Positions 27,128 to 40,332 of a stretch of DNA of 64,000 nucleotides are shown here, one piece after another. The DNA is taken from NCBI RefSeq assembly GCF_018977255.1, contig NW_024704743.1, positions 64,358,001 through 64,422,000 of the forward strand. Direction: 5' to 3'. Source of the DNA: Callorhinchus milii. Taxonomy: Eukaryota. The notes under the pieces are model-generated. The model was not told the origin of the DNA, did not search any database, and was given only the letters and a program-made list of their open reading frames with translations. Every line of letters begins with the position of its first letter. Position 1 is the stretch's first letter. A program made the position numbers and the translations under genes.

Positions 27128-27529
27128 GTGAGTAGCTCCGTGTAACAGTGTAGGTTGAAGGTGTCAAGTTCCACATCTTGTCAGACCAGTTAAAAGTTAC
27201 ATCTTTTGTACAAGTTCTGGTCTTCCTGATTTACCCAATTCTGGGGAATTGAACGCAGCGGTACTGGTACACAGCCCTGCCAAGTCCTCAATCTGAAGTG
27301 TGTTGCCATGAAGAGGTGCTAATGGGGAAGGAATGGCAAAAGCTACTGGGTCACACCTACAAGTAGCAGAGCAACAATAGCCTGGGAGCCAATCTCCAAC
27401 TCAGACACTCAGTTGGAGAGAAAATATGTGACACTGGAAAAAAATACTGTAATACATTTTAAAAGATGATTCAACAGTTACTTGTGAAGTGACCTGTTAC
27501 AAAATCAGCAAGAGGGGAGTTGGAAGAAA

Positions 27530-27870
27530 TTTAGGGGATTTAATTGATTTGTCACTCACTGTGTCTGAATTGAGTGAGACAGCAGTAAACAAGGCAAGCA
27601 TGATTCTTGACCACTTTGAGTTCACATCCCCAGGAGTCATGCCCATACTATACAGTGCACTGGCCAATCTGCACCTGGGCTACTGCATACATTTCTCATT
27701 TCAATGACTTGAGAGGACTGACCAGATCCTAGAGATATTACAAAGGAGAGCAACAAGGCTGATGGCCAGTGTTAGAGGGATGAGCTATGACGAACAACTA
27801 AGTAAGACTATGCTCTTTATCCTTGAGAAGAAACATCTCAGCTTGGAGCTCATGGAGGTACATAAAAACA
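27530..27870 (+). mobile_element. CR1 ORF2 C-terminal fragment
   Basis: LYSAL..LHLGYC, IQRRATRL...RGMSYDEQL remnant. Confidence 0.75.
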
Positions 27871-28250
27871 CAAGAACATAAGAATTACCTAGACGAAAGA
27901 AGACCAAGGTCCACCTAATTTGCCTTCCATCATCCTGGCAGTCGCTTGACATGTCGTGTCCCAAACTATATACTGTATCGCGAGATATTATTTTCTATCA
28001 GAAATCTATCTAATTTGTTGTTGAAACAAACTACATTTTCTGCCTCCACTGTCTCCCTAGGGAGTCTGTTCCATAAGTTTACTACTCGCTCACTGAAGTA
28101 GTGTTTCCGAATTTATCCCCTTTCAATCGCAGGCCGTGTCCTCTAGTTTTACTGTTCAGTACAACATAAAACAGCTTATGATCTATATTATCCAGTCCCT
28201 TCAGAATCTTAACGACATTTAATAAGACAATAAGACATTTAATCGGATAT
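27871..28250 (-). mobile_element. CR1 3' end, minus strand, splitting the + strand CR1 fragment
   Basis: KILKGLDN...KTRGHGLRLKG remnant and (TTCTTATG)-like tail; + strand CR1 sequence resumes at about 28290-28430. Confidence 0.7.
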
Positions 28251-29097
28251 AGAGAGTAAACCCAGAACAATACTTCTGGAGGTGCCAAAGTAGTGTAGGT
28301 ATAGGTTGTGAAAGATCAGTTTAGAAAGTGTTCTCTTACACAGAAGTTAGTCAAAAACTAGAACATGTTACCAGAAAACCTGGTAGAGGCCAAGATATTG
28401 ATTCATTTAATAAATAACTTAATGATGTAATAATAAAAATAATGATCCTTACATTTGACATAGCACCTTTTGTGTCAGGAGGACATCTCAACATTCTTCA
28501 CAGGCGCTACTGTAAAGTGTAGTGACTGTGTATTTTGTAGGTGAAATGCGACTGCTAATTTACACACAGCTACTAGATAGCAGGGTTGATATTCTGGAAT
28601 AATGAAATCAAATGGATCAAAAGACCATTTTCATGTATATACCTCTCATGGGATCATTTGTCTGTAGCAAAACAGTTTAATGAGGAACATAGTAACTTTG
28701 GGTGTAATATGCACTGGTGTGTTGCAAACTGAGACTCCTAACAGTTAAATGTAATTGCATCACATCGACCTTCTATCTACCTCCAGTTTCTGCAGGTTAG
28801 TGTGACAAGCTTCCAGTTACCATTGGAGACATTATTTGTGGCTTGGAATAAATCACTTCCTTTTATAAATTTGCGCATATGAATATGTTGAAGTGAATAT
28901 AGAAATACAAAGATAATAATAGTAGTAATCCTTGTATTTAATGTAGTCCCTTTGAGATGTCTCAAAGCGCTTCACAGAATATACTGTAAATTGAATTGAC
29001 TGTATATTTTGTGGGCGAAAGATGGGTCAAACCTTCATGATTCACACTTCCCAGTTAATGGAATATGTATTTAACCACAATTTCTTTTTTGCACCAG

Positions 29098-29347
29098 GTA
29101 CCATCCTTACTGGATCTCAGCGAGTGACGGGAATAAGGCTGTGCTTCAAACAGATGGCAGCTCTGCTGATCAAACGCTTTCATCACACGCGGAGGGACTG
29201 GAAGGGAGCCATAGCAAACCTGCTTCTCCCTGTGCTCTTTGTCACCCTGGCAATGGCTTTGTTCTCAGTGAAACCATTGGCTGTTGATTACCCTTCACTT
29301 CGACTGTCCACAGATACATATGAAAATTCAGACGTTGTGTTTTTCAG
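29098..29347 (+). CDS. ABCA13: ABCA13 window exon 14 (KRFHHTRRDWKG...LLLPVLFVTLAMALF; first helix of TMD2)
   Basis: caccag acceptor; gtaagc donor. Confidence 0.94.
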
Positions 29348-31724
29348 GTAAGCTCCCTGCTTATTCACTTGAGATTTTCTCTTCATCCCAAACAGAGGAA
29401 AGAGAGAAACAGCAGAGATGTAATAATAATAACTTGTATTTATTTAACCATTCACACAAAAAGTAAATATCTTGCAGCACTTTAAAGTATAATTGATTAG
29501 GAATAAAGTGAATGTTACATAGACAAACATGGTGGCTAATCTGCAATAGGAATGACCCATAAACAATTAGAAGTTTCCTAATTTCAATGGAAGGTAGATT
29601 TGTTTTGGGAGTATAAGACAAGATAACTGGGAGAAATACTCACACTTTTTGAAATAGTAATTGAAAGGAGTTCTCTTTACATCCATCTGATTCACAAGGC
29701 AGATGGAACCTAATATTAATAACACTATATGTCAATAAATAATACTGTACATAATGAATGCAGTCTTGGTGCTGCTGAATTAGTATTATAATAATAATAG
29801 TAGAGAAAGAGATAAATCTACAGGGATATGAGGTATATTTTACTCCTGCTGGGAGGTGAATCTGCCTACTTGTCATCTTAAACTTTGTTTTTCTCTTTCG
29901 TTTGGCTGCCATTATCTGATATCGGGTCAGTGCTGGTGCTATTGCTGTTTAACAGCGTTCCAAGACTATATCCTGCTTGAAAAGCGCTATTTAAATGCAA
30001 GTTGTTGTTGACCAGAAAGGTTTTAAATTCAATTGCATTGATTCTGGGTTACAACAAACCCCAGATCATTTTAGCAGTCTCTTTGCCCCCAAATCACATT
30101 TGACCTAAGGATAGAGCTCCACGAGATATGTGAAAAGAAAGGGGCCTTTACAAAAACACTTCTGTGGGCTATAAGCAAGTGACACAAACCAGAAACATGT
30201 CTGATGTTGCTGACATTTTGTAGCTGGAAAATTGGGACATGGTGGGTAATTCTGTCAAACTATGCCCCCCTTTCCAATTACTTTATTCCCCTCCTTTCAT
30301 AATACAAAACATATAAAAATACAAAATATTTTGCACACAAAATATACAGACAATTCACTTGACAGTATATTCTGTGAAGCGCTTTAAGATGTCTCAAAGA
30401 TGTGATAAGGCACTATCAAATGCAAGAATTATTATTATAACTTTACTGTCTAGGAGAAAATAATCTTGTGACCTTGTGATTTCATTTGTGGGTAGTTCGC
30501 AAGTAAAGTCACAAGATGGGGAGGTACCGAATGGCCAAGAGAATGTCTAAGCTAGCATTGAGTCAGCTCTGTGTGTGTGTGTGTGTTCTTTACACCTGTA
30601 TTGAAAACTAAGAATATCGAAAATGATCATTTCTCCAGTGACCCTATAACTATTCCATGATAACTGCATCTGATCTTTTGTGTTCTGAAATGCGTAACCA
30701 GCAGCTGGTCAAATTTAAATTCAGAAATCTGCCCAATATATTTGATTGGCAGTAGTACAGTTCAGATAGAATTCACACCTCATGCCTCTTAATAGGGACG
30801 TGGTTATTCAGGACATGTACTCAGGCACAGATTTTGTTTCAATGTGTTCTTGTGCAAACACGAGAACGTTGTTATAGGAACAGCTGCATCGTATAGCTAA
30901 ATAATCAATATCCGTGATAATTTGTCTCCCATATTTTTTCTGCATGGTAACTATCATTTAGCTGCTCTAAACTGTTTTTATTATGAAGCCACTTTTTAAA
31001 TAATAGCTGTTTAATGACCACTTAATGGTATATTTAATATGCTTGATGGCTGTTTACTGGAGTGTGATTGCTCGCCTAAATGAATGCCATCGTTCAACTC
31101 ACACCTCAAAATAAATTATAGTTAATCTAGCCTCGCCATCTATAATCTGATTTGGCTTTGTCATCCTCTTACAGTGTGATTTGTTTTGTTTCTCATGCAA
31201 GACAAAATAATTTATATTGTACATTATTATTGCCTGAAGCTTTTTGTGATTCATCGACGAGTTTGTCTATTATACAATGGTGATTAGGGTCATTGCGTTC
31301 AAGGAACGGTGGATTCGGGAACAGTCTGATAATTGGGACAATTTGTTTTGTTTCAAATACATTTGCTCTGTACAGTCTCTTTATTACTGAATGGTGAGCC
31401 AGGTTTTGAAGAAAAGTTGTCTCCAATTCTGATGGCATGCAAATGTTAACAGGCAAATTGGAGATGCGCAATATAGACATTCACAAAACACAGATACAAC
31501 AACAATATTTATATAGTTTCTTCCACTTCGGGAGGACATCGCAAAGAACTTCAGAGCCAACTAGGAGCCCGAGCTAGGGATAGGGAAGAGGAAGGATCGG
31601 GAAGAGGTGACGAAACATGCAGTAGAAAAATAAGTCTTGAGGTGATAGATAGATACAGAGAGAGAGAGAAATATATATGTCTAAATAGAGAGAAAGATAG
31701 AGAGATAGAGCGAGAGAGAAAGAT

Positions 31725-32075
31725 ACCTAAATCAACCTGTCCTCTTCTTCCGCTCAACGGGCACTGGCCTACTTCATGTCCCATGCCCTGCCCACTTCAC
31801 CATCGGCAGTCGGGTCTTCAGCCTTTCTGTCCCTGCTCTCTGGAACTCCATCCCAGAGTCCCTTTATTTTGCCCCTCTTCTTGCCTCCTTCAAGGTCCAT
31901 CTCAAAATCCTCTTCTTTGACCATACCTTCAGTCATCTTCCCACCCCCATCTACCTTGCCTGCCCACCTTTTTGAATCTAATCCCCAGCTCAGGTGCAAA
32001 CCTTTGACTGTCCAGAGCCTTGGGATGTCCTCCTGACAAAAAAGGTCCTATATAAATGCAATTTGTTGTTGTTGT
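31725..32075 (+). mobile_element. L2 LINE 3' end
   Basis: C-terminal ...GRAF...LWNS-like remnant; tail TATATAAATGCAATTTGTTGTTG. Confidence 0.72.
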
Positions 32076-32215
32076 ATACACACACACACACACACACATA
32101 CATAAATAGATACAAATAGACGAATCCAGGAAGTCTGACACATGGATGTCTATAGATAGGCACAGATGAATAGGTAGACACAGAAAGCCAGACACACATA
32201 CATAAACAGACAACC
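32076..32215. repeat. (CA)n microsatellite and decayed A-rich simple repeat
   Basis: Direct inspection; (GA)-rich tract also at 31645-31725 and (GT)n at 30570-30586. Confidence 0.85.
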
Positions 32216-33479
32216 AGACTTTCACCTGTATGCTCAGGACTCAAATTAATCAATCCATTGTTCTGCTAAATTGCCTTTGTTCATTGCAATGTGTAGATGT
32301 TCCTATTAATCTTTGGGCTCAGTGGGTGGTGCAGCGTAAATCTTGCTTTAATCCTGTTTGCAGCATGATCGTGTAAATTGAATACTGTACAATTGAATTA
32401 GTTTTGGTTTATAGAAATGGTAATGTAAAGTCAATCGGGTGTAAAGGAAGGATAGGTAAAGAATAGAGTACACTAAAGATAGGTGACCTACATGGGTATT
32501 TGATATTTTTGTATTGGACTGGGAAGAACTATCAGTAGCATGCGTAAATTGAGAAACACACAAGGAAATGAAAAACTCAGAGAATGGATTTTGCTTTTTA
32601 CAAAACACCTTCCTTTGCAGAAGGGTGACTTATTTGTTAGTGAAAAAAAACTACTGTCTTTCCTCTTGAAATGCCATGATGATAAAGGACCTATTGAACT
32701 TGTGGAATAAGATTTAACCCCCCCCCCCCCCGATGTACTCAATGTATTCTATTTAAAATGCATATAAAACATTCACTACCGAAAGGACTTCAATCACAAT
32801 TATTTGAATAGCATTCCAACATGATAAACTGCAATATAAGGTGAAGCGCTTTGAGATGTCTCAATGACGTGATAAGGCACTATATCAAATGCAAGGATTA
32901 TTATTATTATTTCATTCAATTATTAGTTATTATTTTGACCCAGATCATCAAATGCTTTCCCAATGAGTTCCTAAACCAAGGTCCTATCAGCTTTGTAATA
33001 CAACAACAACAACAAGATTACATTTGTATAGCGCCTTTCAAATCGGGTGACATTCAGGAATCCCCTGCCACCATTTGAAAGAAGTGGAGAGTTTTCTCCC
33101 AATTATCCTGGCTAGTAATCAAATGCTCCCCCATAAATTCAGTTCAATTGTTTACTCATCTTGTAATAATAATAATTCTTGCAATCAAAATAGCACCTTA
33201 TCACATCTTCGAGACATCTCAAAGTGCTTCACAGAATATACTGTAAAGTGAATTGACTGTATATTTTGAGCAAAATCTTATTGTTGTGTGTCAAATGCTG
33301 CCGGTGCAAATTAATTGCTGGACTTGACTAAGATATCACTCACTTGAGTTTTATGACGTCTTTCATTTTGTGAAGAACTTTGATACGTTCATCCCACGTG
33401 TGAGGCACTGGACAAGTGTTGAAACTTGTTTGGTGGTTTGCGTGAATTGTGGCTGTATTTTAATGGGCCTGTGTACAGT

Positions 33480-33792
33480 GGAGTCCTGTAGCACAGTGGT
33501 TAGAGCACTCGCTTTGCAAGCGAGAGAACTGAGTTCAATTCCAGGCAGAGGGCGAAACCTTGGGCAAGTTTCCTTACTCCACACGCCTATTAATAATCCC
33601 TCCAAAACAATACTAAATTGGTCATTTTCAATCTACGACTGTTTGTGGGACATTGCTGTGCGCAATTGGCTGCCGCGTTCGCCCACAAATATACAGTCAA
33701 TTCACTTTACAATATATTCTGTGAAGCGCTTTGAGACGTCTAGAAGATGTGAAAAGCGCTACATCAAATGCAAGGATTATTATTATTATTAT
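33480..33792 (+). mobile_element. tRNA-Ala SINE (short form), full length
   Basis: Anticodon stem-loop CTCGC-TTTGCAA-GCGAG (TGC = Ala), A/B boxes, (ATT)n tail. Confidence 0.93.
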
Positions 33793-34064
33793 TTAGTCAC
33801 TGTTGTGAAATACCACTGTATGACTGTGTCAACAACACTAATTTACATTTAATATACATGCTGCTTAGTTTGAAAAAATAGTAATGAATGTAAATCCTTT
33901 TTTGGAAACATTTCTGTAAGTGGGTACTCAAAGAACAAAATGCTGTTGTTGCGTGGAATTGCCTGGATATACGAGAATTGGTAACTTCACATACACAGAC
34001 TCTGTACTTTTCCTGTTGGTAATCCTGTTTTCCTTACACTACCCTCTTTTCTTACTCTATACAG

Positions 34065-34154
34065 CTCTGATGGGAATGATCCACAAAACATCACCTCCGT
34101 ATTACTGAACTCATTTAAAGTAGACAACTCCTGTGCCAGGGATCCAGATCCCCT
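34065..34154 (+). CDS. ABCA13: ABCA13 window exon 15 (ECD2: SDGNDPQNITSVLLNSFKVDNSCARDPDP)
   Basis: Long pyrimidine tract plus atacag; gtgagt donor; phase 2/2 fits neighbours. Confidence 0.85.
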
Positions 34155-34909
34155 GTGAGTATGAAGCACGCCTTTCCTTATATTTCTATTTTAGGTACAG
34201 GAAATGCAGTTTATTTAAGAGAAGCTGTTTGGATCAGTAGGAACCATCCACCAGAGAGTACCTGTTCTGCTGTTTCTGTTTTTATTAATGCTCTGCTCTT
34301 TTGTTATTCATTCTTGATGTTAGCTCAATCAATAATATATATTGCTCTGAAATCGAAGGTAACATATCATTTCACTGCAGCTAATGTATTCTTTTTTTGC
34401 AATATCTCAGTAAGCTGAATGTTGTGTTCCCAAATTACTCAATTGTTGCACTTGTCCACAGGTAGCATCCATTCTGTTACATTTTGCTGAAAAAGATGAG
34501 CCTTCATTGCTCTGATGGCTCAGTGAGTTTATCCTTTGAGAATCTGAGTTTCATCCCTAATTCAGTCCCTAGCCTATGTTGAGTTAGCTAAGATAATCTC
34601 ATTACTATTACTACAGCTGCTGTCAACTTCTTTGGGTTAGGAAGGAGAAATATCAATCAACATTTCCACCCCTGATTGCTATCCAAAGCCACCTATTGGA
34701 GTCTGATGTGTGGTTGTCAGATGAGGGCAAGATCTGACTTGGCTACAATGCTTCTCACGGTTGAATAGCCAGTCGAAATTTAGATGCCTGATGGTTATTT
34801 TACCAATGTACAGAGATTGCCTGCACCCAAGAAACCCTAACATTAGAAGATGAGCAGAACATAACTGTGGGGAAAGGAAAAGAGTGAATAGTATCCATTA
34901 TGCTCATCC

Positions 34910-35520
34910 CCAAAGCCCTTCAAGACCCACTCTTACACATTGTCTACTTCCCTTTTGAAAGCTACAATGCACTCTGTCTCCACCATGCTTGTTGGCAAGC
35001 ATTCCACATCCCAACATCTCACTGGGATTAAAAAAAATCTTCCTGAGCTCTCCTTTCGCTGTTCTTGTGGCTATTTATAACTATGCCCCCTAGTCACTGA
35101 CTCCCCTATCAGTGGAATAATGTCTCCCTCATGTTAAAACCCCTCATAATTTTGTACACTTCTATCAGGTCCTCCCTCAACCTTCTCTGCTCCAACGAAA
35201 ATAGACCCAGGTTCTCCATTCGCTCCTCATAACTGTAGCCCTTAATCCCTGGAATCATTCTCATAAACCTCCTCCACATTCCTCTAAGGCCTTAAAGCTT
35301 TCTCAAGTAAGGACGATGTATTTAATTTGCGGCTAACCAATGATTTATAAAAACTCAGTATTATTGCTTTGCTTTTGTAGTGTATTCCCTGTGTATAAAA
35401 CGCAGCATGCTATTAGCTTTCTTTACAGGCTTTGCAACTTGTGATGCCACTTTCACTGACTTATGTACCTGCACTCCCAAATCCCTTTGCTCCTCGCAAG
35501 ATCCATTCTATACTCCTTTC
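34910..35520 (-). mobile_element. CR1 3' fragment
   Basis: Reverse complement aligns by eye with CR1 C-terminus at 3019-3720. Confidence 0.75.
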
Positions 35521-35695
35521 CTTCATTTTTTCTACCAAAATTAGCATTAGCTGTCAGAGAATAACAAGCCCAAAGTAGCTGTGTGGAAGACAATGCAGTA
35601 AATTAGATTAGATGCTTCGATCAAAATGATAGCATTGTGACTGAGCAAGTTGATAGAAGAATTTAAGGTTGTACTTAAATGTTGTACTTGTACGT

Positions 35696-36015
35696 GAAGT
35701 CCTGTAGCTCAGTGGTTAGAGTACTCGCTTTGCAAGTGAGAGACCTGGGCTCAATTCCAGGCAGGGCGAAACCTTGGGCAAGTTTCCTTACTCCACACAG
35801 AGCCTAATAATAATCCCTCCAAAACCCAAACCAATAATAAATTGGTCATTTTCAATCTACGACTGTTTGTGGGACATTGCTGTGCGCAATTGGCTGCCGC
35901 GTTCACCCACAAATATACAGTCAATTCACTTTAGAGTGTGTTCTGTGAAGCGCTTTGGGACGTCCACCCGACGTGAAAAGCACTATATCAAATGCAAGGA
36001 TTATTATTATTATTA
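35696..36015 (+). mobile_element. tRNA-Ala SINE (short form), full length
   Basis: Same head, body and tail as other copies. Confidence 0.93.
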
Positions 36016-36513
36016 CTTTGATAATATTCAAAATCATTGATTAATCTTTTATTGTTATCTAAAATAATCCCAGAATTTACCAAAAGATCTGCAGTATGTA
36101 GAAAAGTGAATATTTTTGAATTCTGCCCAAGGTTCCTTGTCCAGTTCGTATTTGAAACACTGTATTTTCTTTTTTCACCATCCATGCTGATTATCTGTTC
36201 TACATGTTTAACCCGCCATAATCTTTTGAGACGTGTTCCTGAAATGAAAGGGCTATATAAATATAAACTCTATTGTATTTTTCTGCCTAAAACACCTTGT
36301 CTCCAGTTCCTTGTTTTTCTTTTGTTGCCTGTATTGTGCGGTTACGACTGCTTGTTGCAAATTATTGTTTTAAAATGTAATTTTTTGCTGTTGTTGAATA
36401 TCGTTCATTTAAAATCAAAACAGAAATCACAATTTACAGTTTTTTTTATTTGTACTTCTTAATATTTTTATTAGGAGAAACATTTTAAGTCTAGATACAT
36501 TTTTTTGCTGTAG

Positions 36514-36595
36514 GAAAACGTCTTCGTGTTGGTGGAGTGGACCTTCAGATCCACAGGATTTTGTGGGTCAGTGCAGTTGTACAACTGGCAATCAG
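36514..36595 (+). CDS. ABCA13: ABCA13 window exon 16 (ECD2: KTSSCWWSGPSDPQDFVGQCSCTTGNQ)
   Basis: ctgtag acceptor; gtagga donor; SSCW and CxC pattern of ABCA ECD2. Confidence 0.87.
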
Positions 36596-37809
36596 GTAGG
36601 AGACATTCCCTCTTTATATTTACCGCTGTACCTGAAAGAAACATAATGTTTATTATGATGTTTGAAGAAGAGCGATTCAGGCCAGGACACTGAACTATGA
36701 TTGTGATTGTCTAGGGACACTCTAGATCTCTGAGGCTTTTTTTTACATTGGCATATTTATGATCTGATGACCTGTATAGATATAATGTTAATAGCTGGTA
36801 ATGATGTGGGTTTGTCTTGGCAAAGCTTTCTCCTGGAAGATGGTGTGGGTTTGGGTAGAGTGTGATATGGAGGATTTTTTTCTCTCTTGTATACATAAAT
36901 AGCTTAATGTAATTTCTTACCTGGCTGAACCTCCTGCTGTCAAAGTCACATTTAGTCTTACTTAGCAACAACACGTATTAAGTCTAAATCTAAAGCAATA
37001 AATAATAATTGATGATTTCATCTGTTATTTACTACAGTTATAATAAAAAAAATCTTACATTTGATATAAATCATGCCTCAATACAGGCGTCTTTTCGCTA
37101 AAGAAAATTAGGCTAGTTTGTACCTGTAGTTCTGGGCCTGATTTACTATGATGTAAAATGTAATTTAAGACAATTACATTTTGTGTTGCCTATTGTGACT
37201 TTGCCAAAAACATAATTCATTCAAGTAGAATAGAGCTGGTTTCAATGTCCACCTCTGTGACTTGAGACCATTTTTGAAAGGCAAAGGAGACTTTGAACAT
37301 GTTGATCCCATCTCACCAGCAACATCCCTGCTCACAGTAGCTAGTTATCGATGGATAATGACTTGTCTATGTGTTGATCATTCTCTGAGCTGTTTAGATG
37401 CGGAGCTAGACTGAAAAGTGCTCTTGGGAACAATCCAGGAATGCAATCGTGCGTGAGCAAATATTGATTGAGCAACAATAAATAGAGCTCAAAGTTTGGT
37501 CTTTTTGATCCTTTTTTTCTAAATAAGTGAATGTGTCAATGTTGTAGACTTTAGCGATCCGGGTTTGTCTGGACAGAGCTTTCTCTTGGAAGGTGGTACG
37601 GTTTGGGGTAGAGCAGGATATGGAGGATTTTTTTTCTCTTTTGTCTGTGAAAGAAGAGGTTTTGAAGGGATGAACAGCACTGTCTTGTTACTTCCTTTCC
37701 TATGTCCTCATGTGGTGTGTTTCCCAGGTCAAATGGACTTTATGTTTCAACTCCATAATATAAATTCAACGTTTTAAATGTAAATCTTACTGATTTATCT
37801 GTTTTATAG

Positions 37810-37937
37810 GAATGTCCTGCATTAAATACCACGATACCCCATTTCATCAACAAGGAGAAGCAATACCTTTATGACCTCACAGGTTACGACATAGAAGAAT
37901 ACTTGATCTCAACAGTCAATAGCTTTGCCGAAAAGAG
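37810..37937 (+). CDS. ABCA13: ABCA13 window exon 17 (ECPALN...LYDLTGYDIEEYLI)
   Basis: ttatag acceptor; gtaaac donor; conserved LxDLTGxxIxxYL motif. Confidence 0.92.
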
Positions 37938-38179
37938 GTAAACAACAACAACACTTTTTGTTTACAATAATCCGATGATCCTAGCATTTGATATAGTACC
38001 TTATTACATAATTAAGTCATCTTTCAGTACTTCACAGGATATACTTTAAATTGAAGTGACGATGTGTATTTTGTGGGCAGACGCATCAGATCATTTGGGC
38101 ACTGCATCGTCCTACAAACAGCAATGGAGTGAATGACCAATTTTACTTGAGGGATTGTTGGCTAGATCACCAGGAGAAA

Positions 38180-38462
38180 CCTCTTTATACAGCTTCTTTC
38201 ATGTCCGAGGGAGGAAGGACAACTCAAAGTGCTTCACACAGTTGACTTGGAGCCTAAGCTCAGAAGGGGTGGGGCGGTGGAGGGGTCCAGAAGAGGGAGG
38301 TAACCAAGGTGACCAAAAGTGTAATCAGAGGGATAGGTGTTAGCAGTGGGTTTTGAAGGCGGGGAGGGAGGAATGATGGTAGAGGGACTCTGAGATGGAG
38401 ATTGACAGAGTGTGGGCAGAATGGCTGAAAGCTGTTCCCCTGATGGTGGAGCGGTTTGGGCG
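38180..38462 (-). mobile_element. L2 LINE 3' end, minus strand
   Basis: Reverse complement gives RGTAFSHSA...SLPAFKTH remnant and L2-type tail. Confidence 0.6.
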
Positions 38463-38513
38463 AAGTTTACTTGTCAACCAGAGTCCAGTAATCATACATT
38501 GTATCATTACCAG

Positions 38514-38601
38514 GTTAGGAGGATGGTCTTTTGGAATGCAGCTGCCTCCTGATCTCAAGCAAGGCAATTTCTCTAGTTTACAAATCAGCTCCTTAGTCAA
38601 G
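38514..38601 (+). CDS. ABCA13: ABCA13 window exon 18 (RLGGWSFG...VK)
   Basis: taccag acceptor; gtaaga donor. Confidence 0.93.
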
Positions 38602-39116
38602 GTAAGAACAAACTACCATCAAAATATGCAAGACTGCAGCTCTTTAGATCAAGAAAATTACGGCACAGAAGAAGTCTATTCAGTCGATCATGTGAATGCT
38701 GGCAGGAGTCCCTGGCTGGAAATATCTATAATCTCAATCCCCTGCTCTTTCCACATTATCTTTATATTATTTTTCTTCAACATTTTATCCAATTACCTTT
38801 TAAGTGCTCAGTTTTAACAACCAATTGTGTTTAGGCTAACCACCCTCAGTGTCAAACTAAAAATATTCTAATCTTTTTTTCTTCAAATGTATGCCCTCTT
38901 GTTACTGACTTGCTGATCAGTCTTTCTTTATGTATCCTGCAAGATCATACAACCTTTTGAGAACCTCCATTGAATCACTTCTTAATCTGTGCTGCATCAA
39001 AAACAAATCCTCTTTTCTGTTTTTTTCACATAATTATAAGCTCTCATCCTTGGTATCTTTATGGTTGAAACAATCAGTGGAAAGTATAGTAATTTCTCTT
39101 TATGATCTTCCTGCAG

Positions 39117-39225
39117 GTGTGGTACAATCAACTTGGTTTCCATGCAGAACCAGCTTACCTGAATAAACTGAACAACCTACTCCTCTGGGCCAACCTACCC
39201 CCAGGCACTGACTGGACACAATATG
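39117..39225 (+). CDS. ABCA13: ABCA13 window exon 19 ([28 protein letters not shown])
   Basis: ctgcag acceptor; gtatga donor; conserved VWYNxxGxH motif. Confidence 0.95.
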
Positions 39226-39923
39226 GTATGATAACAATAACCAAGTCTAAGAACCCAAATCTTTCATGAAATTAGCCTTGGTATCATCGTTGTAAAATTT
39301 GTTGAATTTTGGAAAATGCTTAAAAATTCTTCCAATTTAGAAGCCTATTGTTTCCTCCAGTTGTTAACAAAGTGACTTCCAATGTAAGGCTGAACTGAAA
39401 AATCCACAATCTTAAAAGCTAGGATAACGGCCTGAAGACTAAATAAAGCCCATGAGAAAGTTTGGAGTTCAGAAAGGGACAATCTTGGATAAATATATTC
39501 ACCACACAGATTTAACGTAACATAGTGCAGCTTTTACCATATTTTATCAAGCTAGTTTTATTTCCAAAATATTTTTCAGTACATTAAGTGTTAACTATTT
39601 ATTCTACCACTTTATTAATTTATTGTACATATAGGGAATAGATAACTGGCCAAAGAATTTGGCCCCAGGTAGTTCTAAATGAGTGTTAGAGTTTTATTGT
39701 GTTACCATGGTTACTAATAATAATCATCACTGTTGTTTAATTACAGAGTAGATCTTTTCATTACGCTTGAATCTTGGTCTTACAAAAAGAGTGAGGTATA
39801 ATTAAGCCTCAATTGTCCTAACTTGAATATGCCATTTGTAGGATACAACTGGGCTCAATACGTGCTCCTTTTGAAAATATTAGTGTTACCAGCACCGAGA
39901 CGCCAGAGAAGTGCCTAGAAACA

Positions 39924-40332
39924 TTAATAATAATCCTTGATTTGATATAACATCTTATTACATCATCGAAACGTCTCAAAGTGCTTTATAGGATTTACTG
40001 TAAACTATATTGACTGTATTTTTTAGGCAAATGCGGCAGCCAATTTGCACACAGCAGTGTCCCTAAACAGCTGCGAGTGAACGATCAATTTTATGTAAGG
40101 GGTTGTTGGCCAGGACAGTTCGAGAAACTCCTCTTTTCATGTGATTTTTAATGTTCACCTGAAAAGCCAGATGAGAAAAACATCTCATGTGAAGGATGGC
40201 ACCTCTGATAATACAGCAATTCTCTAACACACTATTGGAGACTGAATTCAAGTTCAAGGTTCAAATGTGGGCTTGAACCCACAACCTTACGGCTCAGCGG
40301 CAAGAGTACTACCAACTGTGTCAGACTGACAC
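39924..40332 (-). mobile_element. Deu-domain SINE, minus strand
   Basis: Reverse complement of head (...GGCTTGAACCCACAACCTT...GACTGACAC), core and tail. Confidence 0.75.

Noticed and set aside
33480..33550. tRNA-Ala(TGC) genes at SINE heads
   Set aside because: Each continues into a SINE body and (ATT)n tail, and the acceptor stem is not properly formed. These are SINE heads, not tRNA genes.
35774..36040. Recurrent ORF MGKFPYST...NWSFSIYDCLWDIAVRNWLPR as a multicopy small protein
   Set aside because: It is a translation of the non-coding SINE, with TTG starts and frame-breaking indels between copies.
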